Source: Candidatus Heimdallarchaeota archaeon
GTDB taxonomy: Archaea; Asgardarchaeota; Heimdallarchaeia; Hodarchaeales; Hodarchaeaceae
NCBI GenBank assembly: GCA_019057635.1
Contig: DXJL01000039.1
Coordinates: forward strand, 1-29,397
Length of the DNA: 29,397 nucleotides
Direction of reading: 5' to 3'
In this document: piece after piece, positions 1 to 8,287 of the stretch
How positions within the stretch are numbered: position 1 is the stretch's first letter
How the letters are laid out: the number at the start of each line of letters is the position of its first letter
The notes under the pieces: generated by a model
What the model saw: only the letters and a program-made list of their open reading frames with translations
Told to the model about the DNA's origin: nothing
The model's database searches: none
Made by a program: the position numbers and the translations under genes

Positions 1-38
1 GTCATGTCTGACATATTAATTCTTAATATTTGAGGCAT
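1..38 (-). CDS. 5' end (partial, runs off the window) of a probable aldehyde:ferredoxin oxidoreductase family protein
   Basis: The minus strand reads GGTGGTAATT-ATG CCT CAA ATA TTA AGA ATT AAT ATG TCA GAC ATG = MPQILRINMSDM. This resembles the 'ILR(I/V)(N/D)(L/M)' first strand of AOR-family enzymes. It has an RBS-like GGTGG and lies downstream of MoaD-like genes. Only 12 codons are visible. Confidence 0.5.
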   Translation of the reverse strand, partial: MPQILRINMSDM

Positions 39-283
39 AATTACCACCTACGGTTTTATTTAGAAAATTACAAAGATTAGTCTGATTTCCAAAGCGTGAC
101 ATTTTTGTTCTTTGGAAGTTGGTGAGGTTAGAGTGATCATCAACCTTAAACTTTTCGATCTTCGAAAATATTGAAATACTACGAAATGACGTGATTACCT
201 ACTAATCAATGGTTAATACAATCTCATTAAGCTAAAGAGCAGATTACATGCAATGGTAAAGTTGCTAGCGAAAAAAATATTCC

Positions 284-532
284 TCATCCCCCACCTATTG
301 GAGGAAAAATAGCTATCTCATCATTTTCCTGTAAGAATTCATTAAGTGATTTAATTGTTGTATGATTTCTCATAATGATCTTTGCTTCTTCGGTAGTAAT
401 CTTTAACTGCTCTAATAATTGGTTAAAGGTTGTATTCGCTGCTATTGTCAGAGGGAAAGACTCACCAATTGCTAACCCTTCAGGGCCCCTATCTCGAAGA
501 GTAGCGAATAATTTTACAAAAATATGAACCAA
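284..532 (-). CDS. moaD: MoaD/ThiS/SAMP-family sulfur carrier protein (ubiquitin-like beta-grasp fold)
   Basis: N-terminal VKLFATLRD and C-terminal DEIAIFPPIGGG with a free diglycine. The likely start is TTG at 532, just after GGTGAG (ORF track start is 565). Confidence 0.85.
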   Translation of the reverse strand: MVHIFVKLFATLRDRGPEGLAIGESFPLTIAANTTFNQLLEQLKITTEEAKIIMRNHTTIKSLNEFLQENDEIAIFPPIGGG

Positions 533-536
533 ATAC

Positions 537-875
537 TCACCTGTTTGATAAGTGAAAATAGTCATAATCTTTTGGAGCAGATCGAGTTATGAACCCATGA
601 CCTTTCAAATGTTGTCCACCGCATAGAAGGTACATCCCTTCTGAAAAGATTGCTACACGCGAGTTTTCTTCAATTACTGGATTTTGATCTCTTTTAACTA
701 CTTTTCCATCAATAAAACAATCTCCACATTCCTCCTGAGAGAGTTTAAGATCCGCAAACAATTCTTGAAGAAGTAAACCATCGCGGTGCTTCAATTTAAT
801 TATCAAATCGTCTCCAAGTGAAGCATTTGGATCAAATTTCTTTTTTAAAAAACCATAGATATGAACATCAATCAT
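537..875 (-). CDS. MoaD/ThiS-like ubiquitin-fold protein with internal CGG and a 25-aa C-terminal extension
   Basis: Beta-grasp pattern VHIYGFLK...CFIDGKVV...IEENSRVAIF, ending SEGMYLLCGG-QHLKGHGFITRSAPKDYDYFHLSNR. Paralogous to 910..1203. Confidence 0.7.
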   Translation of the reverse strand: MIDVHIYGFLKKKFDPNASLGDDLIIKLKHRDGLLLQELFADLKLSQEECGDCFIDGKVVKRDQNPVIEENSRVAIFSEGMYLLCGGQHLKGHGFITRSAPKDYDYFHLSNR

Positions 876-909
876 AACTTGTCAATCCAAATTTTTAATG
901 GTCATTTGA

Positions 910-1203
910 TTAATCCTTCCATTTCTTAAGGTATAATCCACCATCGATCAAAAGCATTCCACGGGAAAATATCGCTACTCGCGCATTTTTTGGAACAAAA
1001 TCAGTATGGTTATTTACAATTGTATGATTAATAAAACATTCTCCATAATCCGATTTTGATAAATTTAACCTCTTTAGAAGCTGCTCAACAGATTCATTCA
1101 ATACGAATGGTAATTTTACAACAGTATCCTCAGATAATCTTGCTCCTGGATCGAAATTTGTTTTCAGTGGTCCAAATACGTGAATTTCCAAGCTATCATT
1201 CAT
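910..1203 (-). CDS. MoaD/ThiS-like ubiquitin-fold protein with internal DGG and an 8-aa C-terminal extension
   Basis: IHVFGPLK..FDP...ECFINHTIV...VPKNARVAIF, ending SRGMLLIDGG-LYLKKWKD. Paralogous to 537..875. Confidence 0.7.
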   Translation of the reverse strand: MNDSLEIHVFGPLKTNFDPGARLSEDTVVKLPFVLNESVEQLLKRLNLSKSDYGECFINHTIVNNHTDFVPKNARVAIFSRGMLLIDGGLYLKKWKD

Positions 1204-1403
1204 AATTGATCAATTTCCATAGTTTTTCTGGATTGAGCTCCGCATACCTCAAAATTAGTTCACATTCTCGAATTAATATCCCTTCTTATAAGAATTAGTA
1301 TGAAAAAATCTGAATGTTTGTGCCACAAAGTATTTGCCATAAGAAAACACCATCACACTTTTTAAGACGATGGAGAGTTATTACTTTTATTTGGTGAAAT
1401 TAC

Positions 1404-3455
1404 ATGGTCCTCGATTCAGTTAATCTTGTGAAACATAGAACTTATTGTTTTGTTATCCTCGTTTTAATTGCTCTGATTTTGGTAAATACAAACATTAAAA
1501 GTGATAAAACTTGGAATCGGAATTTACAGATTTCTCCCTATGAGAATGATATGGAATTATCTGTCTTCGAAGCCCACTCACGTTATAAAGTCCAAAGGAC
1601 CAATTACATGGATCACGATCCAATAACTATCATGGGGAACCTTGACTTTCTTGCACAAGCAACCTCGGAAGGATGGCCTGGAGTAGGAAGTAAAGCAAAT
1701 CCAATTATTATCAAGAATTTAGAAATAATAAGTTCAGGAGGCTTTGAGACTGCAATATCGATTTGGGATACAAACTTGTTTTTTCAGCTTACTAATTGCA
1801 TTTTAACTGAAGCATTTGAGATAATAAGTCTTCATAATGTTGAAAATGCAAATATTTCCCATAATGTGGTAAGAAATACTAATAGAGGGAATTTCCCTGA
1901 GCGTACTGGAATTGTACTATTTGGGGGGTCTTCTAATACTATTTTAAATAACACTGTGGATAATTGTGAGTGGGCAATAAGAGTTGAAGTTAATAGCAAG
2001 GATAATTTCATTTTTAATAATACGCTATATGACTGTAATTCAGGAATTTCATTGGATAGTGCCCATAATGTGACTATATCAAGAAATGTTGTTTATAATA
2101 ATGGTCCTGATGGTGGGATAAATCTTCGGGGCTCTACTAATTCCGTTATCAGTGATAATCAAATATTTGATAATGAGGGTGATGGTTTAATTCTCTTTGC
2201 TTCTAGATACAACCTAATACACAATAATACTGTTATTAATAATTCTGGTGCGATAGCACTTGTTGATATTTCCACTGATAATGAGGTTTCTGAAAATCTT
2301 CTGACTGGGAATGTAGGAGGACTTCAGGTTTGGGGGTCAGATAGAAACCTTCTAACTCATAATGAAATTGGTAATGGTCATCAAGATGGTCTTGTCATTG
2401 GTTCAGGTGGGGAAAATATCGTTTCGTTCAATATTATTTATAATAATTTTGAAGGAATTGGTATTGTTGAAAGGTCATTTAATAATCTAATTTACAATAA
2501 TACTATATTTAATAATCCTGCTGTTGGGATCTACCTAGCTGATGAATGTAACGATAATAGTATTACTGGAAATACCATCTACAACAATAGTGATGGGATA
2601 CGACTCTACATATCAAGTAGCAATTCAATACTTAATAATAGTTTTAATAATAACCGTGGATATGGGATGCTTTTACTAAGCCTATCTGATAACAATCTTA
2701 TTTCGTATAATGAAATATCAAACAACACCAACTATGGTATCCAAATAGAAGATTCAGATTTCAACGTCATTCGGAATAATGACTTCATCGGAAATGGGTT
2801 TGGTAATTCTGAAGGAAGTTCTCAAGCCTCAATTTTCTTGGCACAAAATGAGAAAAATAACAAATTTATATTTAATTTTTGGGATGATTGGGCTAGTTCG
2901 GATTTAAATGGTGATGGCATCGGAGATAACCCTTATACAATAGATGGAGGGTTCCAGGACAATTATCCACTAGTTTCACAAGATTTATCACTTGTTTCGG
3001 ATACTATTACAGAAATGGTATATATTTTTCCTCTGAGTGATGTGATCTTGAAGGATAGGGTGAAAATCGAATGGACACCTTCGTACGATGTATTTGAACA
3101 TGAGGTAATGTATACATTATACTATTCTGTTGATAATGGGGAAAATTGGATTCTACTCGTTGAAAATATTATTGAAAATTATTGGATGTGGGATACACGA
3201 GATGTTTCAGAGGATTCTTATTGTATTCTAAAAGTAGTAGCCAGATGTTCAGAAGGGATAGAGAGGGAGTTAATTATGGGGTCACCAGTTTTAATTGATA
3301 ACCATGGTCCTCCAGTAGATTTTTCTATGTTAATTGTAGTCTGTGCTATCATTTTGATTATTCCTGAGTTCTACTTGGGAAGGAGATTCAGTAAATATCT
3401 AACCAGAATGCGTTTAGAACCATCAATACATTCAGAAGGAGTCGAAAATCCATGA
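1404..3455 (+). CDS. Membrane-anchored cell-surface protein with right-handed parallel beta-helix (NosD/CASH-type) repeats
   Basis: N-terminal hydrophobic signal/TM; GWPGVGSKANPIII motif; many Asn-rich N.I.NN..GI repeats; NFWDDW...DLNGDGIGDNPY motif; Ig/Fn3-like IEW...YTLYYSVDNGENW...WDT domain; C-terminal TM followed by a basic tail. GGTGA lies upstream of the ATG. Confidence 0.85.
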   Translation: MVLDSVNLVKHRTYCFVILVLIALILVNTNIKSDKTWNRNLQISPYENDMELSVFEAHSRYKVQRTNYMDHDPITIMGNLDFLAQATSEGWPGVGSKANPIIIKNLEIISSGGFETAISIWDTNLFFQLTNCILTEAFEIISLHNVENANISHNVVRNTNRGNFPERTGIVLFGGSSNTILNNTVDNCEWAIRVEVNSKDNFIFNNTLYDCNSGISLDSAHNVTISRNVVYNNGPDGGINLRGSTNSVISDNQIFDNEGDGLILFASRYNLIHNNTVINNSGAIALVDISTDNEVSENLLTGNVGGLQVWGSDRNLLTHNEIGNGHQDGLVIGSGGENIVSFNIIYNNFEGIGIVERSFNNLIYNNTIFNNPAVGIYLADECNDNSITGNTIYNNSDGIRLYISSSNSILNNSFNNNRGYGMLLLSLSDNNLISYNEISNNTNYGIQIEDSDFNVIRNNDFIGNGFGNSEGSSQASIFLAQNEKNNKFIFNFWDDWASSDLNGDGIGDNPYTIDGGFQDNYPLVSQDLSLVSDTITEMVYIFPLSDVILKDRVKIEWTPSYDVFEHEVMYTLYYSVDNGENWILLVENIIENYWMWDTRDVSEDSYCILKVVARCSEGIERELIMGSPVLIDNHGPPVDFSMLIVVCAIILIIPEFYLGRRFSKYLTRMRLEPSIHSEGVENP

Positions 3456-3892
3456 TAGAATCAGAAACAAGTTCCCCTGACCGTATCTCAATTGATGAAT
3501 TCTCCCCACCTAATTTTAAGAATTGGGAGGCCCAGATCCGTGCAATGGTTCGAATAGCCTCATTATCATTTTTTATTCTATTCATCCTAAAGATATTCGA
3601 AGCAAATATACCAATATTTGCTGATATATCAGTTGGAGTAGTTGTTTTCATATTAGGAATTTTCATAGTAGGATTAGTAATAGGTTTCTTCCAGTTACGA
3701 TACATAAATGTCAGGCGAAATAAAATAACTAATTTTGGAGGAATAGTTGGATTTACAGGATTGTTCCTAACTGGAATTCCTTGCAGTTGTGAATTAGTTG
3801 TACAAGGCTTTTTTTCTTCGTCTCTTCTAGACATTTTATTAGTTTCTGGCCTTTTTCTAACTTTTTTTGGTTTTTTTGCTGAAGCTACTTAA
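3452..3892 (+). CDS. N-terminal 4-TM segment of a large membrane protein, in frame with 3923..8287 and separated from it by a single TAA
   Basis: ATGA overlap with the upstream gene, upstream GGAG, four hydrophobic helices. The frame continues without a further stop after TAA 3890-3892. Confidence 0.7.
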   Translation: MIESETSSPDRISIDEFSPPNFKNWEAQIRAMVRIASLSFFILFILKIFEANIPIFADISVGVVVFILGIFIVGLVIGFFQLRYINVRRNKITNFGGIVGFTGLFLTGIPCSCELVVQGFFSSSLLDILLVSGLFLTFFGFFAEAT

Positions 3893-3922
3893 CTAGATGA
3901 AACATTCCTTTATATTATCCGT

Positions 3923-6900
3923 GTGAACTTAACATCTATATTTCGTTACACTGTGACGATTATTGGAGCTTTCCTCTTCAATTTGGGTATACTTGTCGTT
4001 TTGGCCTCGAGAAATGAGTGGATAATTACAATATGGCCTCAAGGAATTGCTGGAGAATTCGGAATTCTTTTAGGGGTAGTAATTGTGTGGGGTACGTGGT
4101 TCAATCACATTAACCAGTTAATCTGGAACAATCGAATTTTAATCTTGAGAACGATTGAACTAAGTATCAGTCAAGCTCTAGTGTTCTTAGTAGTAGCACT
4201 TCCAATATTAACTATTATCTTCGAGCAGCGTCTTACTCTGGGTGTTTTCCTTATTCTTGTTATTCTTGGTTTTATGGGCATTAGTATATTATATGCAGAT
4301 TTATATTTCTTTGGAGTTCCAGAAAGACTCCGTGATTTTGGCCAAAGGTACCTGCCAGTTGTTCAAGTAATAGTATTGATAAGCGCTGCTTTTCTAATTG
4401 GGATTGGATTATTTTACCCTGACTCTTACTTCCAGGTTTTGAGCAATCAATTAATGATGAATTTGCTGATTGGAAGTTTTCGGGGATATTATGTTGGGAT
4501 TGGTCTTCTCTTAATCTATCGAATGTGGTTTAGAATCATAAATAATTTCTATACTCAATCGGTAAGATTCCTCAGCCAATATTATCGTGAAATTACCACT
4601 GCTGGAGCAATAATTCCCCTTCTCTTAGGAGTGATTGGATTTCCAATAATCAAAAGAAATTCTTTTGATAGTTATCTAATTCCTACAGTCGCTTTAATAG
4701 CAGGGTATTTAATTGGAGTAGGTGTGTGGTATTTCCCAAAACATCAGTACTCCAGAGGGGTCAATACTGTGTGGAGCAGTGTTCTCATATTTTGGAGTTT
4801 AGTTCTGGTCCTTTTCTCCCTAGGTCGCCTACCTGAGATCACTAGTTATCCTTCAAATCTAGGTGTTTTGATTCCTGGAACCTTTTTTGTTTTTTATTTG
4901 GGAGTGGATTCATACCTATGGAGAAAAGAACTTTATCATGTTCTTCACCAGATATGGTTTTTTATCAGAACCTCTTACAGGGAACTCGTCACAGCTATTG
5001 GTATTGGGTTCATGGTAGCTGGTTCTGTATTTTTTAAGTTCTTTGAATTCTGGGAAGTAAATAGTCCATTTCATCTCATACCTGCCGTCTCGTTTTTATT
5101 TGGGTATGCTCTGATAATGATTATCTGGCGCTTTCCGAAACATCCAGTTTATTTCCGAGGAATCACCACCACTCTGAGCGCGAGTGTATTTCTCTGGGGT
5201 GTAGTTATATGGAACTGGAGCTCTAAAGTGTGGCCGCCAATAGTTACGATCGTTTATTTGGGAACTGCCAGTGTGATATCAGCTTTCTTATGGCAAAAAG
5301 AAGTTTTCCTGCTTTTCCGTCGAAGTGCTGAGACGATTAAACGGTTCATAGAAACCTATTATCGCGAATTAATTTCAGTATTTGGGTTGAGTTCGATGTT
5401 TATTGGCTCCTTATGGTGGAATGATATATTTGAGGTCGCTGCTCCTCTCTTTTACGTTGGTTATTTGTTAACTGTGGGAATTTGGCATTTTCCCACACGT
5501 CATAGATCTTTCCGAGGGATTACAACTACGTTGAGTGTGGTCGTTTTCTTTTCTGGCTTATTTCAGGGGAATTGGAACATTGATTTCTCACGTTCCGAAC
5601 TTGTTTGGCCATCTATAATCTTACTTCTCTATACAGGAACTGCCAGTGTGTTCTTAGCTTTCTTATGGCAAAAAGAAGTTTTCCGGCTTTTCCGTCGAAC
5701 TGCTAAAACGATTAAACAGTTTATCGAAACCTATTACCGTGAATTGGTGACGGTAGCGGGCCTTGCTTTAATGATCTTGGGATTAGCGAATTGGAAGGGT
5801 ATTACCACAGGATCTTCCCTTCTCTTTTTCTGTGGTTATCTCTTAACAGTAGCAATTTGGCATCTTCCCACGCGTCATAGACATTTCCGAGGAATTGCTA
5901 CAATATTAAGTATAGTTATTTTTCTGTGGGGATTAATTCCAGGAAACTGGAGGATAGATTTCTCTAGCTCTGAGTCAGTTTGGCCATCAGCAATTTCAAT
6001 CCTCTATATGGGAACTGCTAGTGTAATACCCATTTATCTCTGGAGAATGGAGTTGTACAACCTTCTTCATAGAACTGCTAAAAAGATCAAACAGTTTATC
6101 GAAACCTATTACCGTAAATTAGTGACTACAGCGGGTCTCGGGTTAATGATCTTGGGATTAGCGACTTGGAAGGGTATTACCACAGGATCTTCCCTTCTCT
6201 TTTTCTGTGGTTATCTCTTAACAGTAACAATTTGGCATCTTCCCACGCGTCATAGACATTTCCGAGGGATAGCTACCACAATGAGCATTTTAGTCTTTTT
6301 CTGGGGAATCTTTCAGCTTTCTCTGATTGTAGAACCTACTTCCAACTTTTTGGAAATTCCTTTCCTTATTACATACTCCTTTATTGGGATTGGAAGTGCA
6401 TTACCCAGTTTCTTGTGGCGAGTGGAACTTTGGCACTTAATGAAACAAGTAGCAAAAACAATTCGTCAAGCCGTCACGAGAACTCTACACATGGCATATG
6501 ATTTGATGAAAACCGTCTGGAATGTTATTACACACGCATTTTGGGCAATTATTAGATCTGGTCATAGAGTATTACTGTCCTTGTATAATAATTCGGTTCG
6601 GTTAATACAATATGTGAAATTGAATTTTTGGACTCTTGTACGATACCTTTTCTCACTCATTGGGGTTTTAATGATATCCATTGGGATATTTTTACTGACT
6701 GTTGAAGGATCTCAAGGATTAGATGGTCTTTTGTGGATGTTTGCTGGTTTCCTCTCCATATGCTTGGCCTGGTGGGAAAATTCAATTCAAATCCTACGGG
6801 CTATTGGTAACTCGTTATGGGCCTTCCTGATTTCCATAAGAGATTTTATCATTCATATGAGAAGATTTCTCTGGGCCAAAATTGTAGGGTTTATCGTGTT

Positions 6901-8287
6901 TGTAAGAATATACTTAGAACCTATCATAAGGATCTCCACAACTTTATTAGGTGGTTTATTTGTTTTTCTCGGTATAGCAGGGTTTTCGTTTGAATTAATT
7001 GCTATTAACATCCCATCAGAGCTTTTAATGGTAATAGGTTTATTTATTCTAGTTTTGACTTGGCTATCTCAGATTTATAATTATATTAAGAATACTGCTC
7101 ATTCAGTGAGGAAGTTATTTGTTGGTTCTCTTCATTTTCTCTGGGAAACTGGTGTTGGGGTAAAAAATGCAATCATAAAGGCTTATCTAGCAGTAAAAGT
7201 ATTTTTCCAAACGTATCATGGTTTGCTCCTTCGTTACACTGTCTTTTTCCTAGGACTCTTCTTTATGGCCTTGGCTTTTCAGCCTTGGGTATCAGAAATA
7301 CTAGAATTCTTGCCCTTTATCCTTTTCATGGTAGGTTATTCTTCATCCTTCTTTGCCTGGTACCGTCATGCAAATTTCAGAAGAAACGGAACAATATTGA
7401 GTATTATTATAACTCTCGTTGGACTATATCAAGTTGGGTACACTACTGATCCTATCTCCTGGATAGTAGTAGTAGTTGGAATAGCGGCAAATGGCATCCT
7501 TTGGTGGACTGAGCTTAAAAGTTACATAAGACATCGTTGGAACGCGTTCATCGGTTTTATGATAAGAACTGTCAATGAAGTTAAACAGGCAATTAAAGAT
7601 TTTCTTCGCTATGTGCGGAGTCTATTTTGGAATATAACAGGGTCGGTAGGAATTATTCTAGACTTATGTGGTATTTACCTACTTTTTTTCCCATCAATGA
7701 GAATGTGGGGCTTCTTTTTGTTTGTAGGAGGTTCTCTACTCGTTATTGGCGCTTGGAATCAAGAGATCTTGAATTTCCTAAAACAATGTTCTGAAGTGTT
7801 ATCAAAAGCAGTTACTGTAATATTAAAATTTGCTTCCCGTATATGGCAACAATTAAAACACTTTACTCGCTCAATTTTTGATTCAACATTTATACTCCTA
7901 TTCGTGACCTTCGGAGTTCTGGCATTCTGTTATGGGTTAATTTTAGTTATTTCAGGAATATTTTTTGACGGTTCAGGTGATTGGACAGTAGGCATACGTA
8001 ATTTCCCTATAGTAGGTGAAATTATTTGGCTTATTGCATCATTCGCTCAAGGAAGACCATTTGATCTTGATGGGGTTCCAAATTTACTCGGAGCATGGGA
8101 AGTTTTCCCATCAATTGTTTTAATATTATTAGGCGGAGCCATAATATTCTTCGGGATACTTATTACGTTTATTAGTTATATTAAAAGGGAAGATATCAAA
8201 GTAAATAAAGTAAAACGACGATTTAGCAGCTCTACTTCAACAGGACATAAAATAGACTATGAAGACAAGGAGGGCAAAAAATTATGA
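3923..8287 (+). CDS. Giant polytopic membrane protein with ~125-aa repeats (4 TM plus an amphipathic helix); probably the main part of a single gene 3452..8287
   Basis: 1454-codon hydrophobic ORF with recurring YYREL.T..G / W.(F/L)P..H..FRG / LW..E motifs. The GTG start at 3923 has no visible RBS. Confidence 0.85.
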   Translation: MNLTSIFRYTVTIIGAFLFNLGILVVLASRNEWIITIWPQGIAGEFGILLGVVIVWGTWFNHINQLIWNNRILILRTIELSISQALVFLVVALPILTIIFEQRLTLGVFLILVILGFMGISILYADLYFFGVPERLRDFGQRYLPVVQVIVLISAAFLIGIGLFYPDSYFQVLSNQLMMNLLIGSFRGYYVGIGLLLIYRMWFRIINNFYTQSVRFLSQYYREITTAGAIIPLLLGVIGFPIIKRNSFDSYLIPTVALIAGYLIGVGVWYFPKHQYSRGVNTVWSSVLIFWSLVLVLFSLGRLPEITSYPSNLGVLIPGTFFVFYLGVDSYLWRKELYHVLHQIWFFIRTSYRELVTAIGIGFMVAGSVFFKFFEFWEVNSPFHLIPAVSFLFGYALIMIIWRFPKHPVYFRGITTTLSASVFLWGVVIWNWSSKVWPPIVTIVYLGTASVISAFLWQKEVFLLFRRSAETIKRFIETYYRELISVFGLSSMFIGSLWWNDIFEVAAPLFYVGYLLTVGIWHFPTRHRSFRGITTTLSVVVFFSGLFQGNWNIDFSRSELVWPSIILLLYTGTASVFLAFLWQKEVFRLFRRTAKTIKQFIETYYRELVTVAGLALMILGLANWKGITTGSSLLFFCGYLLTVAIWHLPTRHRHFRGIATILSIVIFLWGLIPGNWRIDFSSSESVWPSAISILYMGTASVIPIYLWRMELYNLLHRTAKKIKQFIETYYRKLVTTAGLGLMILGLATWKGITTGSSLLFFCGYLLTVTIWHLPTRHRHFRGIATTMSILVFFWGIFQLSLIVEPTSNFLEIPFLITYSFIGIGSALPSFLWRVELWHLMKQVAKTIRQAVTRTLHMAYDLMKTVWNVITHAFWAIIRSGHRVLLSLYNNSVRLIQYVKLNFWTLVRYLFSLIGVLMISIGIFLLTVEGSQGLDGLLWMFAGFLSICLAWWENSIQILRAIGNSLWAFLISIRDFIIHMRRFLWAKIVGFIVFVRIYLEPIIRISTTLLGGLFVFLGIAGFSFELIAINIPSELLMVIGLFILVLTWLSQIYNYIKNTAHSVRKLFVGSLHFLWETGVGVKNAIIKAYLAVKVFFQTYHGLLLRYTVFFLGLFFMALAFQPWVSEILEFLPFILFMVGYSSSFFAWYRHANFRRNGTILSIIITLVGLYQVGYTTDPISWIVVVVGIAANGILWWTELKSYIRHRWNAFIGFMIRTVNEVKQAIKDFLRYVRSLFWNITGSVGIILDLCGIYLLFFPSMRMWGFFLFVGGSLLVIGAWNQEILNFLKQCSEVLSKAVTVILKFASRIWQQLKHFTRSIFDSTFILLFVTFGVLAFCYGLILVISGIFFDGSGDWTVGIRNFPIVGEIIWLIASFAQGRPFDLDGVPNLLGAWEVFPSIVLILLGGAIIFFGILITFISYIKREDIKVNKVKRRFSSSTSTGHKIDYEDKEGKKL
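4580..6470 (+). repeat. Intragenic tandem repeat, about five units; the best-conserved units have an exact 375-bp period
   Basis: GGAACTGC(C/T)AGTGT at 5261, 5636 and 6011; AAACAGTTTATCGAAACCTATTACCGT at 5714 and 6089; 5768-5892 and 6143-6267 are identical except for 2 nt. Confidence 0.9.

Noticed and set aside
1800-2800. Recurrent AATAAT motifs as a DNA repeat array
   Set aside because: Explained by Asn-Asn codons of beta-helix repeats.
3388-3834. 148-aa minus-strand ORF
   Set aside because: Antisense shadow of the coupled plus-strand membrane gene; no motif or RBS.
3890-3892. Selenocysteine/pyrrolysine recoding at the in-frame stop
   Set aside because: The codon is TAA, not TGA or TAG.
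5261-6267. CRISPR array or DGR template/variable repeat pair
   Set aside because: The repeats are 375-bp in-frame coding units without spacers. No cas or reverse transcriptase gene is in the window, and the two mismatches (A>C, G>A) show no consistent adenine-specific pattern.
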